Positions 50,267 through 63,224 of a stretch of DNA of 64,000 bases are shown here, one piece after another. Origin of the DNA: Sminthopsis crassicaudata. Its lineage: Eukaryota. Below the pieces are notes generated by a model. It saw only the letters and a list, made by a program, of their open reading frames with translations. It was not told where the DNA came from and did no database searches. Position 1 is the first letter of the stretch. Each line of letters begins with the position of its first letter. Location: NCBI RefSeq assembly GCF_048593235.1, contig NC_133617.1, positions 488,292,958-488,356,957 of the forward strand, in the 5' to 3' direction. The translations under genes and the position numbers were made by a program.

Positions 50267-52801
50267 GTATTAACCTCCTGTTATGTCTTGTGATGTGTCT
50301 GAAGGACAGAGTGGTGATCTCTTGGGGAAGTCCCCCCTCCCCCTTCATCATCTTCTCTATAGTCACGGAATCACAAAATCCCCAAGCTGCAAGGGACCTT
50401 AAAGGTTCAGCCCCTTGTGCAACACATCTGTAAAATGGTTAAAATTGTACTTAGACTTCACCCAGCACTTTGTTTGGATTTTTCCTTTGTTAGGTATCTT
50501 GCTCCCTCTCCATTAGCTCCAGGTATATACTTAGCCTCTTAGCCCTCCATGGAAGCTTCTTGAGAGCCAGATCTGTTTTTTATTTCTGAATCCCCTATAC
50601 ATAATACAGTCCTTTGCTTCAAATGTTTGATGAATGTGCAATGTTTTAGAGCAGCTATTAGTAACAATTCACATTTAGAGCACTTTAAGGTTTGCAAAAG
50701 TACTCTACAAACATCTCTTTGGATATTTGATGTGATCCTCACAGTAACCCTGGCCTTGAACTGTTATTACTATTCCCATTTTACAGATAAGGAAACTGAA
50801 GCAGGCAGAGGTTCAGTGACTTACCTGGAGGCATACCTCTAGGTTGTTGCCTGGGGAAGAATTTGAACTTGGGTCTTCCAGTATCTTATCCACTATACTA
50901 GTTGGCAGGGCAGTTCTGGTCATTAGATATGCAGTAAGGCCCAGAGAAGTTAAAAGAATTTAGACAGATTAAGAGATAAACCACTGGGTCTGGAGTCAGG
51001 AAAATTCTTCTGCTTGAGTTAAAAAATGGCACTTACCAGCTGTGTGACCCTGGGCAGGTCACTTCACTTTGTTTGCTTCAGTTTTCTCATCTGTGAAGTG
51101 AGCTGGAGGAGGAAATGATCAACCTCTCTAGAGTTTTTGCCAATACAACCAAACAGTAAGAAGACAGATCCTATGGTTGAAAGTTTTGCCATCTGTTTAA
51201 AAGACGGGCCTATGTATGGACCACTGAGAAGGGAGAATGAGAGAAAGGGAAGGCTTCAAGGAGGAGGTGGCCCCCAACTTGGGACTTGGAGAGGTGAAGA
51301 TTGCTTGGAACAGACGTTCCAGGAGTGCTGTAGGCTTTAAAAAATATATTGCCATTTTCATTTGTGACAGTCATGTGAAATAAGGCCCCATTTTAAAGGT
51401 AAACCCAGGAACTAATTAGAAGAACTAAGATGTAAACCCAAGTTTTCTTGACTCTTGGGATAACAAATTTAAAGTTTTAGATTTATTCAAATTTAGATTC
51501 AGAGCTGGAAATGGCTTGAGGCCTAGTCAGTGCTCTGATTCTGAAATCCCACAAAAAAGAAATTGCTTGCTTAAGACATCACCCAGGTTGGCCTGAGATT
51601 AAATCCTAGTTCCTCTGGCTCCAAATGCTGGACTGCACTCAGCCTTGGAAATAGAAGTGGGTAGGATATGAAACTGGAATAATGAAAAGAAGTCTGGTAG
51701 AGTTAAGGAAAGGGGATGGTGTGGAGAAGACAACAGGGTGCCACCTCCCCCTTGTCTTCCCTGAGAAGTCTGTTTTCTGGTTTCCCCTCCTCCCCTCTGT
51801 TGTGGTCACAAAGGAAATGGGGCCTTCTGGAGACTCTCCAGCCTCTTTCCCTTGGTTCAGACACAATAATCTCCAAACCTGCCCTCAGCCTGGTCCCCTT
51901 TTGAAATGAAGTCTTGACAGTCCCTGGATTCCAGGCCTTGTCCTTTTTCCTTGTGAAGCTGCTGTACATGGGATCGAATCTCTGGGTTTGGAAGCAGTGA
52001 GTGCCTTGATCCAAATTATGTTCTACTTCCATCGAGATCCAGACTGGGAAGGCTTTGCTGAGAGACTGGGTAAGTGAATTTTCCACCCCTTTAATCTAAT
52101 TTAACGGTTTCATTTCTTTAGCCTTTTGTAGTTTACAAAGGATTTTCAACACTACCTAGGCAAGCAAACAGTATAAGAACTAAAATTGTCAGGTTTTATA
52201 GAGGTCCAGTGATAAAGGGACTTGCTTACTTATTAAGCTGAAAACAATACACTCTGGGCTCTTAAAACAAATATATTACTAACTGCCTATTAAGCACCAG
52301 GTGATAGGAAATATGACAAGGGGGGAAAATGCCAGTGTCTGCTCTTAAAAGTTTGTATTTCATCAGGAAAATAATTCAGATGAATGTACAAAGTAGACAC
52401 ACCATTATATCATTCTTTTAGGCTTTTGGATTGTTAGAAAAATTGAAGTGTCACAAAGGAGCAGCAGCTGAAAAAATCCATTTAGAAAAGCTGATTTAGT
52501 CAAAAGGCTCACCTCTACCATCTTTATGCTCTCTCCCAGGTATTGTCTGCCATCAGCAATGGACCCAGTTGGGTCTTGGGTCCCTTGAGAGATCATTTAC
52601 ATTCTTACTACTATAAATTTATCAACGTTTATTAAGTGCCTATGTGCTCTACAGTGTGCTAAATGCTGGGGATGTCAAAAAAGGTTTGGTGGGTCTTAGG
52701 AGTCTCATGATTTCATACAAGTTATTTTTCTTTCTCAGTTATACCTAAATCCTTACCCCCACACCTACGTAACAAGCAAGGAATCACTTCAATTCAAACC
52801 G

Positions 52802-52807
52802 TTTATT
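52802..52807 (-). terminator. DCTPP1: DCTPP1 polyadenylation signal (candidate)
   Basis: TTTATT on the plus strand, about 220 nt past the stop codon. Confidence 0.6.
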
Positions 52808-53027
52808 AAAGGAACAAATGAGTCTTGAGAAGGACCTCTTCTGTGATTGTATCCTATTGGAGAATCTTACATCTCTATTATCTAGTAACACAACTAAGAA
52901 GGATTTAAGAAGGCTTTTGTGACCTTGTTTCCCCAGGGGGGTTCTGTTCTGGGCTGAATGTTAACCACCATTGCTGGAGTCAGTCCCATAAATCCCAGCT
53001 CTTGTTCAGGCCCACAGGTCCTGTTCT

Positions 53028-53346
53028 TTAGTTAGCTCCCTTCTCACCCCTGGAGACAGGTTCACATTCTGTGACTGCTGGGGCAGGATTAAGGTTCTGC
53101 TCAGGCTTCTGAGCATCTTCATGGAGCAACTCCGTGTACTTGGAGGAGCAGCCGCGGGCAAGGTGGACTGGGTAGTGGCGCCGGTTGGTCTCCATCTTGT
53201 CCAGCACAGCTTGTGGCAGGTCAATCTGGCATCGCGATGCCAGGGCTACCAGGTAAATAAGGATGTCACTGAGCTCTTCTCCTAATGACTTGCGTTCCAC
53301 TTCAGTCCAGGACAGGGGCCCGGGGCCACTATCAGGCCTCCACTGA
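53028..53346 (-). CDS. DCTPP1: DCTPP1 exon 3 (QWRPD...EELSDILIYLVALASRC...KYTEL...)
   Basis: Acceptor ttctcag|T at 53347, phase 2. Contains the MazG-type EELSD motif. The stop codon ends at 53028. Confidence 0.93.
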
Positions 53347-54149
53347 CTGAGAAGACCAGACATAAGGGTAGACATATATGCCTTGGTTAGGAGACCAAGT
53401 CCAAATACCCACAACCACAGCCTCACCCCTCTGCCTCTTTGGATGACTCCTAACTCCAAACCTGCTACCTAAATACCAGGACCTTCTTGCTTCCTTTGGT
53501 GAGTTTGATGTTCATGGCAGTCCCATTCCAAACTGAATTTTTCCTTTCCCCAAATTAGCCCTCTGCCCCAAGCTTAAAATCTGTCTTTTTTTTTTTTTTT
53601 AATTCAATTTAATTTTGTTTTCAAATGAAGAGACAATGGCTCAGCCCCCCCCCCCCTTACTCCATAAAGAAAGAACAACAAAAAAAACCTTGTTATAAAT
53701 GTGCCAAGCCAAGCAAAACAATTTCCTGTATTGGCCTTATCCAAAAAATGTCTCATTCTTCACTAAAGTCTATCATCTCTCACTGAGGATGTGGTTAGCC
53801 TGGTTCATGATGAGTCCTCTAGAAGAATGGTACAAATAGAAAAAAGTCTACTAACCCACCCAAAAAGATCTGGGTATATTGGTGACTTAGGAAATCACTT
53901 AGGACCATCCATGTTCTGTTGTAGTTCTAATTTGTTAAATACTTTCCAATTACATTTTAACACTTCCCTCCCCCTCACTCTCTCTGACCCGTCTCCTAAT
54001 TCCAACTATTCTGTTTCTGAAATGTCGTTAGCATCCATACATTTCTTTCCGTCCAAGGCTATCCCAAGCCTTTTTACCTCTTCCCTGACAATCATAAAAC
54101 CATAACTGATCTCTTCTCTGGTCTCTTCCTCTTTCTAAATGCATTCTTC

Positions 54150-54630
54150 AGTTAGAGAATGGCTAAAGAAGTTGTAGTATATGGAGGTAATGGAATATTT
54201 TTGTGCTATAAGAAATGTTGAGCAGGTGGATTTCAAAAAAACCTAGAAAGACTTACAAGAACTGATGCTGTGTGAAATGAGCAGAATGAGAACATTGTAC
54301 ACAGCAAGAGCAACACTGTGCAATGTTCAACTATGATAGTTTTAGTTCTTCTCAGAAATACAATGATTCAAGCCAATTCCAAGATTCATGATGGGAAAGA
54401 ACTATGGAGTCTGAATGCAGATTATTTTCACTTTTTTGTTGGCTTTTCCCCCTTTTGTTCTGATTCTACTTCTGCAACATGACTAACATGGAAATGTGGT
54501 TAATATGATTGTACACGTATAACCTACAGCAGATTGCCTCCTGTTTTGAGCATGAGGAAGGGGAGGGAGAAAAGTATAGAACCTAAGATATTATAAAAGT
54601 GAATGTTGAAAACTAAAAAAATAAAGCATT
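54150..54630 (+). mobile_element. Old L1 3'UTR fragment (DCTPP1 intron 2)
   Basis: Marsupial L1 3'UTR motifs (gaactgatgctg.gtgaaatgagcagaa). Confidence 0.8.
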
Positions 54631-55635
54631 CTTCCTTCTATATTAAAGTAATTTCCTGACACACAGGTCTAATGACTATCAGAACGGTTTTGTCGAAAGC
54701 CTTTAGTGGCTCCCCCACTATTTAGGATAAAAACCCAAATCTTTAGCCTGGAAAGCAAAACTAACTCATCTATGATGTTGCCCTGCTCTCCTTTTCAAGG
54801 CTTTATTAGTTTCTTTTACTTTCTCTTCAGTCCTATTAGACCATTGTTATTCCTCATTATTTTCTATCTTTATCTATGCTATTAACTTTTTTGGTTCTAC
54901 TCATCCTCATTGTTTCCACATAACAAAATCCTACCTATCCATTTTTCCAGGCCCAGCTCAAATGTCACCTTCTCTATGAAACCAAGAATGTTCTTTCCCT
55001 CCTTAAAACCTTCTCATCTTCAACTGCTGGATTATAATACTTTGTACCTCTCCTGTATACTTATCAAATTCTGCCTTGTATTTTCATAATTTTTTTTCTT
55101 TAATATGTTTTCATTTACATAGATATTTCCTAATTAAATGTAAAAATTTTTAACATTCATTTTTAAAAGTTTTGAATGCCAAATTGTGTCTCTCTCCCAC
55201 TCCTTCCCCTTTTCAAAGAAGGCAACCAATTTGACAGTAATTCTATATGTGAAGTCATGCAAAATATATTTCCACATTAGCCACATTACATAAGAAAACA
55301 CACATTTTAATAAAGGAGAAACAAAGTTTAAAAAATGTATGCTTCTGTCTGCATTCAGAGCTCATCAGTTCTCTCTCTGGAGACAAGCAGCATTTCATAA
55401 TATATATTTTTCTCATTTTCTTTACTAGGTTGTGGACTCTTTTTGACTGCAGGGCCTAGACCTTATATGTCTTTGTATACTCCACTGTACCACATTGTAA
55501 AGATAAAATTCCATAGATTAATTCAATACTAGCATCCCAGCAGGTGATGCTGGAATGAGAAAGGAAGATAGGAAGGCGCTAATGCAGCCATTCTTCCCCA
55601 CCTGTCCCTATCCCTATCCCATTCCAACTACTCAC

Positions 55636-55746
55636 AAGAGTTCTGCCAGCTCTCCCACTTCCCCAACAAGGGCCAGGAGAAGGTTCCGTGGCTTATGGAA
55701 CTGGTCCCAGTCTCGTTCTGCTGCAAATTCTGTCTGGAGGCGTCGG
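55636..55746 (-). CDS. DCTPP1: DCTPP1 exon 2 (RRLQTEFAAERDWDQFHKPRNLLLALVGEVGELAELF)
   Basis: Acceptor ctcctccacag|C at 55747 and donor TT|GTGAGT at 55635, 111 nt. Carries the GEVGE catalytic motif. It is not in the supplied ORF track. Confidence 0.95.
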
Positions 55747-56089
55747 CTGTGGAGGAGAGGGAAATGGGAAGGGGTTAAGGAGGCAATGACTAAGCCAGAA
55801 AAGGGGGGTCAGCACAGTAGCAAGGCAGAGGGTAAAGAATTAACTGTCAGAACTAAAAGGAATCTTAAAGAGAGAATTTATTCCAGACCTCATTTTACAG
55901 AGGGGCAAACTGAGGCCAGGCAGGTAGGTAAGAGTGCAAGGCCTAGAGTGGGAAAGACTTCTTTTCCTCAGTTGAAATCCAGATTAGGACACTTACTAGT
56001 TCTGTGGCCCAAGGTTAGGCACTTCATCCCATTTATCTCAGTTTCCTCATCTGTAAAATGAGCTAGAGAAGGAAATGGCCAACCATTCC

Positions 56090-56990
56090 ATTATTTCTGC
56101 CATTTTTAAACATAATAACATAAATGCTTTATGAATCATGTTGGGAGAGAAAAACTGGAGCAAAAAAAGGGGAAAAACCTTGGGAGAGATTAAAAAAAAA
56201 AAAAAGTGAATATAGCATGTGTTGATTTACATTCAGTCTCCTTAGATCTTTTTCTGGATGCAGATGGCATTTTCTGTCCAAAGAATACTGGGATTCCTTT
56301 GGGTCACTGAACCACTGAGAAGAACCAAGTCTTTCATAGTTTATTATCTCACATTGTTGCTATTATTGTGTACCCTATATTCCTGGTTCTGCTTGTTTTT
56401 CTCAGCATTAGTTCATGTAAATCTTTCCAGACCTTTCTAAAATCAACTTGTTCATTATTTTTTATAGAATATTTCACTACTTTCATATATCACAATTTGT
56501 TCAGCTATTCCCCAATTGATGAGCATCTATTCGTTTCCCAATTCTTTGCTACCACAAAGAGCTGCTACAGACATTTTTGTACATGTGGGTCCTTTTCCCT
56601 CCTTTATGATTTCCTTGGGATACAAACCCAGTAATGGCACTGCTGTGTCAAAAGGTATGCACAGTGTGACAGCCTTTTGGGCACAGTTCCAAATTGCTCT
56701 CCAGAATGGTTGGATCATTTCACAACTCCACCAACAAAACGTATTAGTGTCACAGTTTCCACACATCCCCTCCAATATTTATCATTATCTTTTCCTATGA
56801 TGTTAGTTAATCTGAGAGGTGTAAAGTGGTACCTCGAATTGTTTTAGTTTTCATTTCTCTCATCAATAGTGATTTAGAGCATTTTTTCATAGAATTATAG
56901 ATAAATTTCATCATCTGAAAATTGTTCATATCCTTTGGCCGTTTATCACTTGTCAGAAATACTGACTGTAAAGATTTTTTCCCAGCTTTG
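56090..56990 (-). mobile_element. L1 3' fragment (DCTPP1 intron 1)
   Basis: Minus ORF 56527..56775 ([39 protein letters not shown]). Confidence 0.9.
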
Positions 56991-57656
56991 TACTTCCAAC
57001 AAGTCTAAATGGATTCACAAGAAGCAGAAATGACTTAACAATAACAAACTTCTCACACCAAATCCTGTATGCTTTCCACACCTGTCTCCCTTATGGGAAT
57101 GTCAACCATTCCCATTTTACAGATGAGGAAACTGAGGTTAGTCGGTTGGATAAAATAGAGCTCCAATGCTACTGTTAACCAATATGAGCATAGCCATCAT
57201 TTAAGTACAGCTTTAAGGCTGCAAGCGTCTCATTGACCCTCACAGCAAGCTGGGAGGTAGGTAGGCGCTATTACTTTCAGCTCCGAGTCCCCCACTCTTT
57301 GTACGTATAACACTTAATGAATTGGAAGCACCTTGGACAAACGAGTTCTAACAGTTTCCCACCCCTTTATTTATGTATTCGAAGCAGGAGGCAGAGAGAG
57401 GATTTATGACCCAAGTGGAAAGTTCAAGAGGGACCCGAGGCAAGTTACACATCCGCGAGGTGCGCCACGCAACTAGATATCAATTGCGAAAGAGAATAAC
57501 AGATTTTCGCTTTCTCCACACTTCATTTTAGTGTGGGCAGAATCTCTGGGGCGCAGGACGCCTCGGATTCAGCACGGACCCCGCCCACCCCCCCGCCATT
57601 TTCTCCCAGGGGACGGGACGCAACCCGGACCGGAGGAATGGGGGCGTGCATCTCAC

Positions 57657-57748
57657 ATGTCCTCCAGCGTGGGCTCCGGGCTGAAGCGAAATGGGGCGTC
57701 GTGCCCCGCTGCTGCTGCGGCGCCCTTGGGGTTGTTATCCCCCGGCAT
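57657..57748 (-). CDS. DCTPP1: DCTPP1 exon 1 (MPGDNNPKGAAAAAGHDAPFRFSPEPTLED/I); spliced product 173 aa, dCTP pyrophosphatase 1
   Basis: accATG at 57748 and donor AT|GTGAGA at 57656, phase 2. FSPEPTLEDI is conserved with human. Confidence 0.93.
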
Positions 57749-57749
57749 G

Positions 57750-58300
57750 GTGCTGTGGAGCGAAGGGGCGGTTCCGGTTGTGCAGAAGGTCCGCTAAATC
57801 CGGAGCCACGTGAAGTCTCCCAGTTCAGTCCTTCCCCCTTTCCCGGTCTGTTTTTCCCGGGCTCTGGCCCTGCAGCGTCTTCTCCCTTTACGCACGCGCA
57901 GGTGAGAAGTCAGGCAGTGGAAAGCTGGGAGGAGGCGGGACAGGACCAGAGAAGGAGCCAATAAAGTACCTTCTTTTTCTCCCGGGCCTAAAAAATAGAC
58001 CTATCCGAGAGCCTCGCGCTCTGACTCCGTAGGTACGGCCCCGCAGACGGACCTGAATTGGACCGTGATATAGGCGCGGGTTGAGCGGTTCTAGAGTGAG
58101 GGGCGGGAGTTCTTAAAGGGCGGGTTGTAAAGCCCTACGGGGTACCACGAACCAGAGGATACACTAGGAAAGAGAAGCGGTATCTAAAGCGCAAGCGCAA
58201 AAGGGCGTATCTGGAAAACGGAGACAAGAGTGGCCGCTCTTCGACTGACCAGCAGATGGCGCCAAGAAGTAAGCGCCCTGGAAGGGTACTGGGGGGCATC
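57750..58300 (-). promoter_or_regulatory. DCTPP1: CpG-island promoter of DCTPP1 with NRF1-like and CTCF motifs
   Basis: CGCACGCGCA at 57891..57900, GCGCAAGCGCA at about 58189..58199, GC boxes, and CCAGCAGATGGCGC at 58249..58262. Confidence 0.75.
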
Positions 58301-59169
58301 CTTGGCAGAATGTCCTGATGTCCATCAGTTCAACTAGCACTTACTAAGCTTCTGCCGTGTACTGTACAATTATCACATCAGCATTACTCCTTCTGGAAAA
58401 GTCCTAACGGTCTATTCCCGTGGCTCCGCTCGCAGTTTCTGTGCCCTGGTCACCAGGCTCCATATCTCCCTTCCCCCCCACCGTGTTATAATTTGGGTAA
58501 ATCAAGAAATATTCCAGGAAATATTCAGGAAGTATTCTCACCTCCTTCAGTTTCTGTGCTCAGAGATGCTAAAGCTCTCTACTGATCATCCTCCAAGAGT
58601 CCTCTCAAAGGGAGGAGACATCTCAAATACACACCAGAGATCAGAATTTTCCTATACAGAAGGGGATGGCTGGCAAAGCACTTCCTGAGCGGCCAGACCA
58701 CCTCAGTCTAGAGAGTTTCAAAATCATTGCCCCAATCTGGACATAGAATTAGAAATCCATCCTTCCTGTTCTTCACTGGTTTTAAATAATCGTCTTCAGT
58801 ACAACTCTTTTGGATATGTGCATCTTATGTATGGACTTCTTTTTCCCCTTCCTAGAACAGATATTTCTTTGACCATCTGATCACTCATTTAGAGAGAAAT
58901 TTGCGTTCAAGTAGAGAAATTGTAATGTGTGCGAGAAACAAGTCAAGTTTCTTCCTTTTTGAAAAGTTTCCTGAATTCAGAAAACCTTCGTTTCACTTGC
59001 TATAGTGAACGGCCCTAATTAAGAAAAGTAATAGGAATTTAATCTAGAATGAGGATGTGGCTATAAGCCATATAAAGCTTTGAATGTCAGATGAGTCTAT
59101 ATTTTTTTTGAGGAAGCAATAACAAGCAATTGAGGCTACTTGAAAAGGGGAATAATATGGTCAGAATTG

Positions 59170-59852
59170 TGTGTTAATATCATTTGGGAAAATTGAGTGG
59201 ATGCCCATCAGTTAGAGAATGGGTATAAATTATAGGATATGAATGTAATGGAATATTATTCTATAAAAAATGATGAGCAGGCTCATTTCAGAAAAGCCTG
59301 GAAAGACTTACATAAACTGATGCCAAATGAAGTGAGCAGAACCAAACAAACATTGTCCAAAGTAACAAGATTATGTGATGGTTCACTGTGATAGACGTGG
59401 CTCTTTTCAACAATGAGATGATCCAAGACAATTTTTTTCATTTTTCTTTTTTTATATAGTTTTTATTTACCAGATATACGTATGGGTAATTTTACAGCAT
59501 TGCCAATTGCCAAACCTTTTGTTCTAATTTTTCCCATCTTTCCCCCCCAGATGGCAGGTTGACCAATACATGTTAAATATGTTAAAGTATAAATGAAATA
59601 CAATATATGTATACATCTCCAAACAGTTGTTTTGCTGTACAAAAAGAATCGGACTTTGAAAATAGTGTACATGTAGCCTGTGAAGGAAATCAAAAATACA
59701 GGCGGACAAAAATAGAGGGATTGGGAATTCTATGTAGTGGTTCATAGCTTGTGATGGAAAGTGTCATCCACATCCAGAGAGAGAACTATGGAGACTGAAT
59801 GTAGTTCAAAGCATAGCATTTTTTACCTTTTTTTTTTTTTGTTGTTGTTTGC

Positions 59853-59885
<33 letters not shown>

Positions 59886-60080
59886 TTCCTTTCCCTTTTT
59901 TTTTTCTTCTTATCTGATTTTTCTTGTGCAGCATGATGAATATGGAAAGATATTTAGAAGAATTGCACATGTTTAACCTATATGCTATTGTTTGCTGTCT
60001 TGAGGAAGGAGGGAGGGAAAGAGGTTTTGTAAGGGTGAATGTTGAAAACTATCTTTGCTTGTATTTTGAAAAATAAAATA
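59170..60080. mobile_element. Old L1 3'UTR (+) split by a younger L1 3' end (-, about 59440..59745), plus a (GTT)n repeat at about 59840..59884
   Basis: The inner piece closely resembles 22930..23260. The outer halves join into a continuous L1 3'UTR. Confidence 0.8.
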
Positions 60081-60935
60081 CTATTTTAAAACATCATATA
60101 GGCTGTTGGATGGAGGCTGGACTAGAGAAAGAAGATACCGACTAATTAGAATGGTATTCAGGAGTCCAGTTAAGAGATGATGACTCGAACTAAAATGTTT
60201 CTGGATAAATATAGAGAAAGGTAAACAGTTTTTAAATGTTTTGTAGGTAGAATTGTCAAGAGTTGGAAATTGATTAGTTACAGGGATGGAGGTGGAATGG
60301 AGCAGGGATGAAGGAGAGGGAAGAGTCAAAAATAATTCTAAGATAGCAACTACTCAGTCATACAGTTATACATACATATACCCTCTACTAGTAACCTAGA
60401 ACATTAGGGCTGGAAGGGGCCTTTGGGGATCACATGATCCAACAACCTCAGACCTGCCTAAAAGGAAAGGTTACTCAGGGAGTTGGTGGCAAAGTTAGAA
60501 CCATTATAACTGGACTCCTGAGTTCCACCCTGTGGTTCTTTTCATGACATTATCCTTTTTAAAAATCTGTTCTAGCTTCTCTGAACTTTTTGCTTCCAAG
60601 AAAGTTTGGGAGTGAAATTCCTTGGAGAGTCAAGGGCTGGAGAAAGGGAAAGCTTATGAGTCCAGCCTTCTTATTTTACAGATAAGGAAGCTGAAACATG
60701 ATAGACTAAGTGATTCCCCCAGGGTGATATAGGTCTTGATTCAGGACATGATTCTTTATCTGTTAAACCATGCTAATATTTCACAACATTTAATATAAGT
60801 AAGTAAATACAAGGCAATTTGAGGGATAGAGAATTTTATTTTTTCAATAGTATTTTATTTTTCCAAATACATGTAAAGACAGTTTTCAATATTCATTTTT
60901 CTAAGACATTGTATTCCAAATTTTTCTCACTCCTT

Positions 60936-61251
60936 TGAGACCAGCTCAAGGACCTCATGGAGGAGAAAATATGATTCAGGACAAGTGGGTACCTCATTAA
61001 TAAAGTTCACTTAAGTTTATATTAGACATGCCTTCCTAAACCTTACATGTCTACATAGATGATTCTCAGATTGATTGCATTCTTGTGCCAGCAGCATTTC
61101 TTATACCTATCAATTAATTCAGTATGTCCCATTCTCAACCTTGGTCATAGAGGAGTGGTGAGCTTGCTGCAAATCAGTCCACAGATGCACAGAAAGTATG
61201 TTAACCCCTGCATAGTTTTTTAGGAGATCCGCTTGTTGTTGGACCTCTACA
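60936..61251 (-). mobile_element. 3' LTR of a class II ERV (316 bp)
   Basis: Minus strand TGTAGAG...GTCTCA, directly after a PPT AAAAGAAAAGGGGCAGA (61252..61268). TATAAA at 61021..61016 is followed about 15 nt later by ATTAAT. The right flank is an L1 3'UTR relic. Confidence 0.8.
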
Positions 61252-61443
61252 TCTGCCCCTTTTCTTTTAATTCTTTAGAACCAATTTTAAACAGGGAACA
61301 TCCACATGCACATATTAGTATCAGGAGTAAGAAAAACAAGCCAAATTGCAAAATTATACTTCCTGTATTATTAAAGGGACTTATCTGTTTCAAAATTTCC
61401 AATGTGTCTTCACTTAAACCATTTTCATCACTTGCAATTTTGC

Positions 61444-61601
61444 TTTTTTTTTTTTTTTTTTTTTTTTTTCCTGAGGCTGGGGTTAAGTGACTTGCTCAGG
61501 GTCACACAGTTAGGAAGTATTAAGTGTCTGAAGTCAGATTTGAATTCGGGTCCTCCTGAATTCAGGGCTGGTGCTCTATCCACTGCGCCACCTAGCTGCC
61601 C
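61444..61601 (-). mobile_element. WSINE1-like SINE inserted in env TM
   Basis: TSD caattttgc (61435..61443 and 61602..61610). Confidence 0.9.
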
Positions 61602-62181
61602 CAATTTTGCTGTTTTCAATATCCAATGTAACATTTTTTAAACCAGTCTAAATTTCAGCCCAATGTAGAGTTAGTCCATATATGAAGTAACATTCCTTAT
61701 TTTAATCCAGTTATTTTGTATAATTAAAGATTATAGGTATCATACATATACATGTAAAGTGACAATCACAGTGTAATTAAAATCTCATTTCTAATAAGTC
61801 TAAGTCCCAGTAGCAATTACTGTGGATTACAAAGCATCTAATTTGTATTCAAAATCAAGATTTATAAGCCATTATGCCTTTAAAGTCTTAGATACATTTC
61901 TTGCCAAATATTGTGAAAACTCTTCAGGTTGTACAAAATTTCTCACAGCATACACTGATTCTGTAGAAGCTATTACAGAAACTATAAATGATACAAGAGA
62001 TACAATACCACACATAATGCAACTGACATCTTTTTCTATGTACCATTCCTTTATGTATGTCTTGGAGTCTCTATCTGCTGGGGATTGATACCACCTTCTT
62101 GCAGCCTTAACAACAGGATACAAGGTATATTTAGGTCTCTCAATAATCAGCATAATAATGTTTGATTTAAAGGATGTCCCA

Positions 62182-62325
62182 CTGGGCAGCTGGGTGGTGC
62201 ACTAGTCCTGAAATCAGGAGGACCTGAGTTAAAATCTGATCTCAGACATTGCCTGGCTGTGTGACCTTGGGCAAGTCACTTAACCCCAATAGCCTCAGCA
62301 AAAAATAAAATTTAAAAAAATATGC
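62182..62325 (+). mobile_element. WSINE1-like SINE inserted in env SU
   Basis: TSD ttaaaggat(g/a)t(c/t)cca (62167..62181 and 62326..62340), 13 of 15 identical. Confidence 0.88.
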
Positions 62326-63224
62326 TTAAAGGATATTCCATTAAAGCACCATAGAATGATGCAAAACTTTGTGGTAACATTATAGATGTCACCTGTTTTG
62401 GCAAAATTTACTTGAGCAGTATTATATATCATAAATGCATGGTCTTTGATAAAATGTGGTAATAGTGGATTCATTGTAATGTGTATGAATAATATCGCCA
62501 GAGCATCGGCTCTGTAATATGTTATTCCTAAGGCTTCAATGGCCTTCCATAATTCAGTTTGTAGTGTTGCTTTGGGGGAAAGAAAAACAGGCTCTATCCA
62601 TCCTAATGTTTCCCAATCCTTGTTTTGTTGACTCCAGGTCTCCAAATTCAAACGATCAATGGGCTATGATAGGGAGTACTACAGTGGACTCAAGGTGGAT
62701 GATTTCCTGCCCAACTTGGTGTGGTGTTAAAACAAAGGTTTAAAGTACTCCAATGTCTGATTGTAATCAATGATTCATTATGATAAAAAGGTATCTGTAA
62801 GAATGATATGTTATAAACTGAAGGTGCAGAGCAAATTCTTTTAGTAGTAATGCTCTGAACAACATATTTAATAAAACAAATGAGTGGCTAAAGATTATAT
62901 CCTTTGTAAATGAAGTTTAATACAGGTTGGTCGGTGAAGGCCTGAGTCCTATTGTGTAATGGGTTATAAATATTTCTCCTGCTGACCTTCCTGTCCCCAA
63001 TACTGTTACTGGGCCCACCAGTTGATTCTTGTATATAGTGCTAAACCAATGTGGGTTAGGAATGGATGTCCATAAATTAGTGTCCTTATCATTTCTCTTT
63101 CCTGCTTCTCTGCCAGCTGCATCTCCCATTATCAGGGCTGTCAGCAAGAGAATCAGGATCTTTGTTGGATGGTGTCTATGACTCCATGACTACTTCTTTT
63201 GGGTCTCTTTTCCTGATTCAGGGC

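Larger units (their letters stand above)
61252..63170 (-). pseudogene. env: Decayed betaretrovirus-type env (signal peptide, SU, furin site, TM)
   Basis: KILILLLTALIMG leader, NLWTSIPNP (compare YWAYVPNP), SPKATLQTELWKA (compare PEHPELWRL), ERPKYTLYPV..RRWYQSP, a frameshifted HRKR (62040..62029), fusion peptide and heptad GIVSLVSFIVSV..NVSKTL..LDAL, CX7C (61770..61744), and membrane anchor FGLFFLLLILICAC. Several stops and frameshifts. Confidence 0.85.

Noticed and set aside
53347-53459. N-terminal part of the 143-aa minus ORF, and the idea that this is a DCTPP1 processed pseudogene
   Set aside because: Exons 1 and 2 were found with canonical splice sites and matching phases, so this is the intact gene and the extension is intron.
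55555-56061. 168-aa plus-strand ORF
   Set aside because: It is antisense to DCTPP1 exon 2 and runs into MIR sequence.
10036-62325. Recurring roughly 140-bp near-identical units as a CRISPR-like or regulatory array
   Set aside because: They are dispersed tRNA-derived SINEs with A tails and individual TSDs, not regularly spaced repeats.
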